Source of the DNA: Pontiella sp.
GTDB taxonomy: Bacteria > Verrucomicrobiota > Kiritimatiellia > Kiritimatiellales > Pontiellaceae
NCBI GenBank assembly: GCA_050290185.1
Contig: JBNKHE010000003.1
Coordinates: 96,001 to 160,000, forward strand
Direction of reading: 5' to 3'
DNA length: 64,000 nt
Positions within the stretch are counted from its first letter, which is position 1, and every line of letters starts with the position of its first letter. The position numbers and the translations under genes are program-made. Of the stretch, positions 8,381 through 16,958 are shown in pieces. Under the pieces are notes generated by a model. That model saw nothing but the letters and a program-made list of their open reading frames with translations. It was not told where the DNA came from and searched no databases.

Positions 8381-9034
8381 CTACAAATACTTCTCCAGCG
8401 GACAGCCCTTGCACTTGGGCTTGGTGTTGCAGTGTTCCTTGCCTAGGCGGACGATCAGCGCATGGTATTCGTTATAGAGCTGCACATCTTCCGGCAGGTT
8501 TTCCGTGAATAATTTGGCCAGCTCGTCGTAGGACGCCTTTTCATCGCACCAGCCATGGCGCAGCAAAAACCGCTTGGTGTAGGCATCGACCACGAAAACC
8601 GGCCGTTTTCCTGCGTAGAGCAGAATCGAATCCGCCGTTTCCGGCCCGATACCCTTCCACGAAAGTAGTTCCTTGCGCAGGCCTGGGGTATCGAGGGCGA
8701 ACAGTTTGTTGAGCGAGCCATCAAAACGGGCGTGGATGGTTTCAACCATGGCTTTGATATAGCCGGCCTTTTGATTGAAATAGCCCGCTGGCCGGATCCA
8801 ATCCGCAATCTGTTCGAGCGAGGCGTTCGTCAGCGTATCCAAATTCAACGCCCCGCTTTGCCGCAGGCTGGCAATCGCCTTTTCCACGTTCGTCCACGCC
8901 GTGTTCTGCGTCAGGATGGCGCCAAGCATCATTTCCAGGCGTGTTTCTCCCGGCCACCAGTGCTGCTCGCCCCAGCGTCCAAACAGTGCATCGTAGGATT
9001 GCAGAATGAACGTGTTTTTTCGGTTTTTGTCCAT
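8381..9034 (-). CDS. HhH-GPD endonuclease III-related DNA glycosylase with Fe-S motif
   Basis: GAILTQNTAW, KGIGPETADSILLY, VVDAY, HALIV, C-terminal CNTKPKCKGCPL. Confidence 0.9.
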   Translation of the reverse strand: MDKNRKNTFILQSYDALFGRWGEQHWWPGETRLEMMLGAILTQNTAWTNVEKAIASLRQSGALNLDTLTNASLEQIADWIRPAGYFNQKAGYIKAMVETIHARFDGSLNKLFALDTPGLRKELLSWKGIGPETADSILLYAGKRPVFVVDAYTKRFLLRHGWCDEKASYDELAKLFTENLPEDVQLYNEYHALIVRLGKEHCNTKPKCKGCPLEKYL

Positions 9035-9327
9035 GATTGAAAGCGATTGAGTAATTTAAATGAAAGATATTTCGCCTGTTCTTGCCAGATAAATCGGATA
9101 TTCTCCCGTCATCAGATGGGGGAATAGAAACGCACTCCCATCGAAATATGATGTTCTTTTTTATTACCCCAAACACTGGGCCGTTTCGGATTGAGAACAA
9201 CATGCATGGAAAGGAGGTTCCATATGGGAATACTTCGAGCGGACATGGGAACCGCACGGCAACTGTTTGCCGAAGCCTGAAGCAAGTGAAGTTGAACACG
9301 AGAAGCAATTGAACAAGGAGGCAGTAT

Positions 9328-9750
9328 ATGAAGATTCGTTCGATTATAATATCAGCCGTTGCAGTAGCGTTTTGCGGAGCTATCTATGTGTATGCTCAGG
9401 ACGCGGAACCCGCCGCGCAACCCGCCAAGGAAAAACCCGCCATGACCGAGTCCGTCTACGTATGCCCTGATTGCCACGCCACGGCGTTGAAGGCCGGAAC
9501 GTGTGCGTGCGGCAAGGAACTGGTGAAGATGCATTTGCTTGGAACGAAGGATGGGCAAGCGATGCTGTGCGCCTGCGGTGGCGCCTGCAAGTGTGACTTC
9601 AAGGGTGTGAAAGACGGCAAGTGCGCCTGTGGCAAGGAGGTTAAGATGGCGAGCATCAAAGGCCTGTATGCCTGTCCGCAAGGCTGTCCGGTCATCTCGG
9701 ACAAGGCTGGAAAATGCGCCTGCGGCATGGAAATGAAGAAGGCGGAATAA
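9328..9750 (+). CDS. Secreted Cys-rich heavy-metal-binding-repeat protein
   Basis: SD AAGGAGG; signal peptide; 14 Cys in the mature part in YxCPxxC...GxCACG units. Confidence 0.75.
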   Translation: MKIRSIIISAVAVAFCGAIYVYAQDAEPAAQPAKEKPAMTESVYVCPDCHATALKAGTCACGKELVKMHLLGTKDGQAMLCACGGACKCDFKGVKDGKCACGKEVKMASIKGLYACPQGCPVISDKAGKCACGMEMKKAE

Positions 9751-9836
9751 CAGAACATCCGCATCGGTCGTTGGTCCGCAACCATAGGGTGCGTGACCAA
9801 TGACCTTTAATCAGCCCTCATTGTGATGGAGATACA

Positions 9837-9965
9837 TCATCCCTGGGGTTTTTCTGGTGCAACCTCGCCTTGATCGCCCTGTTTCCGCTTACGCTTTTCC
9901 TCTTTTTTCTTCTTCTTCGCGATCTCTCGTTGACGCTTTTCGTACGAATAGTTGGGTTTGGCCAT
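9837..9965 (-). CDS. Small basic protein (42 aa)
   Basis: SD AGGAGG before ATG; MAKPNYSYEKRQREIAKKKKKEEKRKRK. Confidence 0.7.
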   Translation of the reverse strand: MAKPNYSYEKRQREIAKKKKKEEKRKRKQGDQGEVAPEKPQG

Positions 9966-10064
9966 ATGGGCTCCTCCTGATTTAAATGAGAGAAGCTTTA
10001 TACCGCATAAGGGCGGCAACCCACGCACCTAAACCGTTGCCATCTTGCCGGCAGCAGGAAACGT

Positions 10065-10490
10065 TCAGCCTTCCACTAATGATAAACCGTTATTCTCGAG
10101 GAACGCGCCGAATTCCACGTCTACCACGCGGATATGCTTGAGCAGCCAGTTCATCAGCAAGGTATCGATCGATTCGGTAAGAATGGGCGTGGGGCCATCC
10201 TCCACATATTCGGTCTCCATTTTGTTCAGGATGGCCTTGAACTCGTTGTGCTGAGCCTTGTGGGCTTCAAACCCGGGATAATCATTTGCGGCCATGTTCC
10301 GCTCTTCCATGGAAAAGTGGAAATCCGTGTAGTCGATCAGAAAGCCGAGGGTGTCGGCAACCTCCCGCGGGCCCTGTTGTTGCTCCACGGCTTTGGTCAG
10401 GCTGTTGAGATGCCCGATCAGCTGCTTGTGCTGTTCGTCGATCAATTCGTTGCCAACAGAAAGATCGTTCGTCCATACCGTCTCGCTCAT
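10065..10490 (-). CDS. Single-domain bacteriohemerythrin
   Basis: WTNDLSVG...IDEQH, HFSMEE, HKAQH, WLLKHIRVVD di-iron ligand pattern. Confidence 0.92.
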   Translation of the reverse strand: MSETVWTNDLSVGNELIDEQHKQLIGHLNSLTKAVEQQQGPREVADTLGFLIDYTDFHFSMEERNMAANDYPGFEAHKAQHNEFKAILNKMETEYVEDGPTPILTESIDTLLMNWLLKHIRVVDVEFGAFLENNGLSLVEG

Positions 10491-10794
10491 ATCCTGACAT
10501 CTCCTTTTTTGGATGCTCCAGCGCATAGGGGTTGTGCGGTGGTTTCATGGCAAGGAAATCCTTGATGAAGCACGGATTTATAAAGCCTGTCCGGACCTCT
10601 GCCTGCTGGAAAAAATATTCTTCGGTTTTCTGATTCGACCAAGAAATTTGGGGGTCGCGGGTAATTAGGCTCGAAACATGCATCGAGATAGCGGAAGTTA
10701 TCCAATCTCGATGACGAAAGCGGTTGCCTCATCATCGAGGTTGTTGTTAGTGACTCGGAATATAATATTAGAACCCAGAGCATTGATTAGTAGT

Positions 10795-11412
10795 ATGAAA
10801 CCAGAAAACATGGAAACGCCACAGCAAGAGAGTGTGCATGGGACGCCGGCCGAGCTTGGCACCGCCCCGAAGCCTGTTGAAAAAGAAGCTTCAAAATCCA
10901 GTACACTCGATGATCAGATCTCATTCTTGAACAGTCTGCCCGAAATCAAAAAGCCAGACCCGAAGCCAAAACAAAACGGGTTTGATGAGCACCTTGCGTT
11001 TTTAAGCAGCCTGCCCAGAATTGATGCACAACAAGAATCGCCTAAGCCAGCACCTCAACCCGGTGCGGAAGAAATAGCAAACCCGGCCTCGGTGGAGTCG
11101 GTTCCCTCGCCTGACGTGGACGTGAGTCCGGCTCCGGTCGTCCAGGAAAAGCAGATTCCGCAACCCGCCAAACAACCACCGAAAAAGAAACCGGCGCGGC
11201 AGGGAAAGACGAAGAAGAGTGCATCGCAGCTTCAGCGCGAGGAAAAAAACCGGCTTGAAAAGGAAAAAGCCGAAGCCAAAAAAGCCGAGATTCGGAAAAG
11301 GCAGCAGGAAGCTGAGCAGAAAAAAGATTCCTCCACCCCGCGAGACAAAGCCAAGTCGAACAAGACTGCGGCTAAAAAGAAATCGTTGTTGGGCCGATTT
11401 TTAAAGGGCTGA
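10795..11412 (+). CDS. Hypothetical low-complexity Pro/Lys/Glu-rich protein
   Basis: Long ORF with disordered composition; start uncertain (10795 or 10810). Confidence 0.65.
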   Translation: MKPENMETPQQESVHGTPAELGTAPKPVEKEASKSSTLDDQISFLNSLPEIKKPDPKPKQNGFDEHLAFLSSLPRIDAQQESPKPAPQPGAEEIANPASVESVPSPDVDVSPAPVVQEKQIPQPAKQPPKKKPARQGKTKKSASQLQREEKNRLEKEKAEAKKAEIRKRQQEAEQKKDSSTPRDKAKSNKTAAKKKSLLGRFLKG

Positions 11413-11517
11413 CGGGGTCGGGTCAGGTCGAATGCCAGTACGTCCATATCTGGTGTTGTCCGGCACTGGCCCAAATTCCACGTGTTTGATTTTGATGGAG
11501 AGTTTAAAGGGCGGACC

Positions 11518-12075
11518 ATGAAAACCGAAAAAGAAAAGATGATGGCGGGCGAGCCGTATGACGCTCATACCGAAGAAATGTATGCAATCAGAAGGAAAAC
11601 AAAACATCTGTTGCATAAACTGAATGTGACCGAATACTACACCGATAATTTCGAGGGCGTGATGCGTGAGATCTGTCCCAATTCGGCCCCAAACCTCCAT
11701 CTGGAACCTCCGTTTTATTGCGATTACGGGGATTTGATTTATGCGAAGGAAAACGTTTTTGTTAATTTCGGCGCTGTTTTCCTGGATGGAGGCACCATCA
11801 AAATCGGCGCTAACACCTTGATTGCCCCCGGCGTGCACATTTACACGGCCGAACATCCCGTGGACATCGCCGAACGCAGGGAATGGGAAAAATGCAGGCC
11901 CGTTGTTATCGGCAAGGATTGCTGGATCGGCGGCAAGGCCATCATTCTGCCGGGGGTAACCATAGGAGACCGGTCGGTTATCGGCGCCGGCGCCGTGGTT
12001 AACAAAGATGTTCCCGATGATTCGCTGGCGGTCGGCAACCCCGCGCGCATCATTAAAAAACTGAATCAAGAGTAA
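11518..12075 (+). CDS. Maltose/galactoside O-acetyltransferase (Maa/LacA family)
   Basis: EKEKMMAGEPY, PPFYCDYG, hexapeptide repeats, WIGG...GNPARII. Confidence 0.9.
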   Translation: MKTEKEKMMAGEPYDAHTEEMYAIRRKTKHLLHKLNVTEYYTDNFEGVMREICPNSAPNLHLEPPFYCDYGDLIYAKENVFVNFGAVFLDGGTIKIGANTLIAPGVHIYTAEHPVDIAERREWEKCRPVVIGKDCWIGGKAIILPGVTIGDRSVIGAGAVVNKDVPDDSLAVGNPARIIKKLNQE

Positions 12076-12116
12076 TACTAGCTCCAAGAACCTTCCCGCC
12101 CAAATCCGGGGGATTC

Positions 12117-12194
12117 AACGCAAAGGTTCAAAGTGCGCAGAGATTCGCAAAAGGGTTGCTCTGCGACCTTTGTTTCCTTCGCCGTCTTTGCGTT
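12117..12194. repeat. REP-like imperfect palindrome between convergent genes
   Basis: AACGCAAAG...CTTTGCGTT outer arms; inner CGCAGAG/CTCTGCG and CAAAGGT/ACCTTTG pairs. Confidence 0.6.
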
Positions 12195-12247
12195 AAAAAT
12201 TCAGCACGGATTGGCAATTGGTGCGAGAGGTTTACTTCCCTTCAACG

Positions 12248-15037
12248 CTAATGCGCCTCAAGCCAGTTATGACCGGTTCCGGATTCGACGAGGATGGGGA
12301 TTTCCATGGGGATGGCGGATTTCATCCTTTCCTCAATCAACGGCACGAGTTCGTCTTTTTCGTCGAGGGCGAGGTCGAAGACGAGTTCGTCGTGGACCTG
12401 CAGGAGCAGTTTCGTTTTGGCCTTGCGTGAACGCAGCAGTTCGTGAATTGCGACCATAGCGATTTTGATCATGTCGGCGGCGGTGCCCTGGATAGGGGCG
12501 TTGATGGCGTTGCGCTCGGCGCCGCCGCGGACCATTTGGTTGCGGGCGTTGATGTCGCGGATGTAGCGGCGGCGGCCGGTGATGGTTTCAACGTATTCAT
12601 GCTTCTGGGCAAACTCGATCGTCGAATCGAGATAGTCCTGCACGCCGGGATAGTTGGCCCGGTATTGTTCGATGATTTCGCCGGCTTCGGTTCTTGGAAT
12701 ACCGAGGCGCTGGGCCAGCCCGAAGGGGGAGATGCCGTAGATGATGCCGAAGTTGACCATCTTGGCCTTGGAGCGCATTTCGCGGGTGACTTCATCTTTC
12801 GGTACCCCAAAGACGCGCGCGGCGGTAGCGGTATGAATGTCTTCTCCATGGATAAAGGCCTCGCGCAGGTGCTGGTCCTGGCTCAGTTCGGCCATGATGC
12901 GCAGTTCGATCTGGGAATAGTCACAGGCGAGCAGGGTGAAGCCCTCCTTGGGGATGAATGCGCGGCGGATTTCGCGGCCCTCTTCGGTGCGGATCGGAAT
13001 GTTCTGCAAGTTGGGGTTCACCGAGGAAAGGCGTCCGGTGGTGGTGATGGCCTGGCTGAAGGTGGTGTGGATCCGCCCGGTTTTTTCGAAGACCTCCTTG
13101 GGCAGCGCATCCACGTAGGTGCTCTTGAGCTTGGTGAGGCCTCGGTAGTCGAGAATCTTGCGGACAATCTCGTGCTTGGGAGCCAGCTCCGAAAGGACTT
13201 CCTCGTTGGTTTTGTATTGACCGGTCTTGGTCTTTTTCGGTTTTTCAACCAGCTTGAGGACGTCGAACAAAACCTCGCCGAGCTGCTTGGGCGAGTTGAG
13301 GTTGAACGGCATGCCGGCCTTGGTTTGGATATCTGATTCGAGGGATTCGATCTTTCCGGCCAGCTCCTCTGAGAAGGCATCAAGCGCGGGGACATCGAGG
13401 TTTATGCCGTTGTATTCCATGTCGGCCAGCACGGGCATGAGCGGGGTTTCGATTTCGTAGAAGACGCGCTCCTGCCCCCGTTCCTTGAGCATGGGTTTAA
13501 GCTTGTGCCAGAGCTGGAGGGTGATATCGGCATCTTCGGCGCCATATTCACACAGTTCGTCGGGATCGACCTCGCGCAAGGTCTTCTGTTCGCTTTTCTT
13601 TTCGCCGATCAGGGCGGTAATCGGGACGGGGGAGTAATCCAGAAGTGATTCTGCCATATGATCCATGTTGTGGCGCTGGTCGGGATCGATGAGATAGTGC
13701 GCGAGCATGGTGTCGAGCAACTCGCCGCGCACCTCGATACCATGCCACTTAAGCACGCTGACATCATACTTGAGATTCTGGCCGACCTTGCGGATGTCGG
13801 CGTTTTGGAGAATGGGAAGAAAGGGCTCGAGTGCCTTCAGGGTTTGTTCACGGTCGGGCGGAAGGATAACGAACCATGCTTCGTGCGGTTCGACGCAGAA
13901 GGAGATGCCGATCAGCTCGGCGGTGCGGACGTCGAGTCCGGTGGTTTCGGTGTCGAAGCAGACGACGCTGCAACCGGACAGTTTTTCGGCCAGCCCGGTT
14001 CGTTCGGCGGAGGTGGTCACGAGGTGATAGTTGTGTTTCACATCCTTGATGGTTTTGAACTGCGGAAGCGGCTCCATCATTTCCGGCTTTGACGCGGCGG
14101 CGAATTCAAACAGGTCGCCCTGACCTTCGGTGGCGGCGGCCACGGCCACGGAGGTCGGTGTGGGGGATTCACCGAAGAGCCGCTTGATGAGCGATTTGAA
14201 TTCGAGTTCGCTGAATAGGATTTTCAACGCATCGTCGTTGCGCTTGCCGATGATGAGTTCGTCGGGACTTTCCTTTACCGGCACATCGCACTTGATGGTG
14301 ACCAGTCGCTTGGAGAGCAGGGCGGTATGCTTGTTGTCCTCGACCTTTTCCTTTTGCTTGCCCTTCAGCTCATCGGCGTGCTCCAGCAGGTTTTCCACCG
14401 AACCGAATTGTGCGATCAGCTTCTGGGCGGTTTTGGGGCCGATGCCGGGAATGCCGGGTATGTTGTCGGCGGCGTCTCCCGCGAGCCCGAGAATGTCGAT
14501 AACCTGCTCGATCTTTTCGATATTCCACTGTTCGAGAATTTTTTTGACATCAAGCAGTTCGGAATCACCGCCGGAGCGGCCGGGCTTGAGCATGTAGGTA
14601 TGTTCGTCGACCAGCTGGGCATAGTCTTTGTCGGGGGTGACCATGTAGGTGACAAAGCCCTCTTTTTCGGCAGTACGGGCGAGGGTGCCGATGACGTCGT
14701 CGGCCTCGAATCCGGGATATTCAAGCACGGGAATGTTGAAGGCCTGCAGCAGGTTGCGGATATGCGGAACGGCGGTACGGATGCCTTCCGGGGTTTCGTC
14801 GCGGGTGGCCTTGTATTCCGGATATTCCTCGTGCCGGAAGGTGGGGCCGTGGGTATCGAAGGCGACGGCAATATGGGTCGGCTCGTAGGTATGCATGATA
14901 TCGAGCAGGGTGTTGATGAAGCCGAATACGGCCGACACGTTTTCGCCCTTGGAGTTGATGCGGGGATTGCGGATCAGGCCGAAGTAGGCGCGGTAGACGA
15001 TGGCCATGCCGTCGATCAGAAAGAGTTTCTTGGTCAT
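12248..15037 (-). CDS. polA: DNA polymerase I
   Basis: 5'-nuclease LFLIDG...EADDVIG; 3'-5' exo DTET, NLKYD, YGAED; pol motifs DYSQIELR, KMVNFGIIYG, LQVHDEL. Confidence 0.98.
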   Translation of the reverse strand: MTKKLFLIDGMAIVYRAYFGLIRNPRINSKGENVSAVFGFINTLLDIMHTYEPTHIAVAFDTHGPTFRHEEYPEYKATRDETPEGIRTAVPHIRNLLQAFNIPVLEYPGFEADDVIGTLARTAEKEGFVTYMVTPDKDYAQLVDEHTYMLKPGRSGGDSELLDVKKILEQWNIEKIEQVIDILGLAGDAADNIPGIPGIGPKTAQKLIAQFGSVENLLEHADELKGKQKEKVEDNKHTALLSKRLVTIKCDVPVKESPDELIIGKRNDDALKILFSELEFKSLIKRLFGESPTPTSVAVAAATEGQGDLFEFAAASKPEMMEPLPQFKTIKDVKHNYHLVTTSAERTGLAEKLSGCSVVCFDTETTGLDVRTAELIGISFCVEPHEAWFVILPPDREQTLKALEPFLPILQNADIRKVGQNLKYDVSVLKWHGIEVRGELLDTMLAHYLIDPDQRHNMDHMAESLLDYSPVPITALIGEKKSEQKTLREVDPDELCEYGAEDADITLQLWHKLKPMLKERGQERVFYEIETPLMPVLADMEYNGINLDVPALDAFSEELAGKIESLESDIQTKAGMPFNLNSPKQLGEVLFDVLKLVEKPKKTKTGQYKTNEEVLSELAPKHEIVRKILDYRGLTKLKSTYVDALPKEVFEKTGRIHTTFSQAITTTGRLSSVNPNLQNIPIRTEEGREIRRAFIPKEGFTLLACDYSQIELRIMAELSQDQHLREAFIHGEDIHTATAARVFGVPKDEVTREMRSKAKMVNFGIIYGISPFGLAQRLGIPRTEAGEIIEQYRANYPGVQDYLDSTIEFAQKHEYVETITGRRRYIRDINARNQMVRGGAERNAINAPIQGTAADMIKIAMVAIHELLRSRKAKTKLLLQVHDELVFDLALDEKDELVPLIEERMKSAIPMEIPILVESGTGHNWLEAH

Positions 15038-15171
15038 ATGGGTATCCTTATACTGCGTAGTGCGTACTACAAATTGCGGTTTAATCTGAAAAACCAAATG
15101 ATACAGGGTCTTCTTTCCAATGTCTGGGAATTCCTGTATTAAAAATCTCAATTCGTTTAAAGGAGGGTTCA

Positions 15172-15609
15172 ATGAAGACGCTGATATTAACACTGTTGGT
15201 CTGCGTGGTGGCTATGCCGGGTTTGGCGGAAGAGAAGGAGCCCGTTGGCAAGGTGGCCATAGTTCTTCTTGCCGGCAACGAAACCAACGAGGGCATGGCC
15301 CGTGCGGTTCACGCCCTGCTTTATGCCCGCGAGCTGGCGGACAGCGGCTATCGGGTCACCCTGATCTTCGACGGCGCCGGAACAGGCTGGGCCAATGAGC
15401 TGGAAAAACCGGAGAATCCCCTGCATGAACACTATGTCGCATTCAAGAAACGGGGCATGGTGGAGGAGATTTGCGACTATTGTGCGGAGCAGTTTGGACA
15501 GAAGGAAGATTTGTCGGAAGAGCAGCGAAAACTGCTGGTTGGGGAGTACGAGGGGCATCCCAGCATTGCGAAATGGGTTGCCATGGGGTACCAGATTATC
15601 GTGATCTGA
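15172..15609 (+). CDS. DsrE-like protein with signal peptide
   Basis: SD AAGGAGG; RAVHALLYAREL, LIFDGAG, ICDYCA, GYQII; N-terminal signal peptide. Confidence 0.7.
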   Translation: MKTLILTLLVCVVAMPGLAEEKEPVGKVAIVLLAGNETNEGMARAVHALLYARELADSGYRVTLIFDGAGTGWANELEKPENPLHEHYVAFKKRGMVEEICDYCAEQFGQKEDLSEEQRKLLVGEYEGHPSIAKWVAMGYQIIVI

Positions 15610-15750
15610 TGGGCGAGCGGCGGAATGGGTACAATTTCGGCGCCTTTTTTCCATTTCGACTTTGCTTCTGCTCGGCGGTTTGGGTAGATTCTCCCCTCGT
15701 TTTTTAAAGAAAACAGAGAATTTCCAACCCCAACCCATGGAGTTATTTAA

Positions 15751-16506
15751 ATGAGAAAAAAGATTATTGCCGGTAACTGGAAGATGAACAAGACCGTTGC
15801 GGAAGCGGTCGAGCTGGCTACTGCCATCAAACGTGATCTCGCCGACTGCAGCGCGGTTGACGTTGTGCTGTGCCCGCCGTTTACCGCGATCAAGTCAGTC
15901 AGTGATGTGGTTTCCGAAACGCTGATCAATGTGGGCGCCCAAAACATGTCGTCCGAAGAAAACGGCGCGTATACCGGCGAAGTTTCGCACGCCATGCTCA
16001 AGGAACTGTTTGTCCGCTACGTGATTCTCGGCCACAGCGAACGCCGTCAGTACTACAAGGAAAACGATTTCTGGATCAACAAGAAGGTCGTTAAAGCCCT
16101 CGAAAAGAACCTGCGTCCGATCCTCTGTGTAGGGGAACAGCTCGAAGACCGCGAAGCCGGAAACACCGAGCAGGTGGTTGAAGTGCAGGTCCGCGAAGGA
16201 CTTAAGGATATTCCCGCCGACGCCTACACCGAACTCGTTATTGCTTATGAACCCGTATGGGCCATCGGCACCGGCAAGACCGCTTCGTCTGAACAGGCGC
16301 AGGAAGTCCATGCCTTCATTCGCGGCATTGTTAAGGATATGGTTGGTGCGGAAGCTGCCGAAGCCGTACGCATCCAGTACGGCGGAAGCATGAAACCTGA
16401 CAACGCCGCTGAACTGCTGTCCCAGCCCGATATCGATGGGGGTCTGATCGGCGGCGCGGCATTGGATGCAAATTCATTTGCTGCGATCGTCACGGCGGCC
16501 ATGTAA
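15751..16506 (+). CDS. tpiA: Triosephosphate isomerase
   Basis: IAGNWKM, GHSERR, AYEPVWAIGTG, YGGS, LIGGA. Confidence 0.98.
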   Translation: MRKKIIAGNWKMNKTVAEAVELATAIKRDLADCSAVDVVLCPPFTAIKSVSDVVSETLINVGAQNMSSEENGAYTGEVSHAMLKELFVRYVILGHSERRQYYKENDFWINKKVVKALEKNLRPILCVGEQLEDREAGNTEQVVEVQVREGLKDIPADAYTELVIAYEPVWAIGTGKTASSEQAQEVHAFIRGIVKDMVGAEAAEAVRIQYGGSMKPDNAAELLSQPDIDGGLIGGAALDANSFAAIVTAAM

Positions 16507-16527
16507 CGAAACTAAAGGAAACCCGTT

Positions 16528-16893
16528 ATGATTTTTCTAAAAGCGCTTCTTATTGTGGTTGAGGTGATCTGCTGTCTTCTGCTGATCTGCCTGGTGCTGC
16601 TTCAGCGGTCGAAAAACGAAGGCCTCGGTTTGGCTTTTGGCGCCGGGGCGGGCGAAGCCCTGTTTGGCGCCCGGGCCGGTAATGTACTCTCCAAGGCCAC
16701 CGTTATACTCGGCATTGTCTTTATGGCGAGCACGCTGGTTCTGGGCATGATGTTTGCGCAGAAGGATAAGGCTTTGATCGATACGGTTGATGTCGGCCCT
16801 ACAGCGGTTCCCGCCGCCCAGACACAGCCATTGCAGGGCATGGATCTGGCCATGCCTCCGGTTGAGCCCGTTCCTGCGGAAACGGACATGTAG
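16528..16893 (+). CDS. secG: Preprotein translocase subunit SecG
   Basis: VLLQRSKxxGLGxAFG...LSKAT, two TMs; canonical tpiA-secG synteny. Confidence 0.92.
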   Translation: MIFLKALLIVVEVICCLLLICLVLLQRSKNEGLGLAFGAGAGEALFGARAGNVLSKATVILGIVFMASTLVLGMMFAQKDKALIDTVDVGPTAVPAAQTQPLQGMDLAMPPVEPVPAETDM

Positions 16894-16915
16894 TCCAAAC
16901 TTTCGTTCTACGAAT

Positions 16916-16958
16916 GAAAATCCCTCTTTGCCTCGCTGGCAGGGAGGGTTTTTATTTG
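16916..16958. terminator. Bidirectional terminator hairpin
   Basis: AAAATCCCTCTTTGCC...GGCAGGGAGGGTTTTT between convergent secG and the ABC ATPase. Confidence 0.7.
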
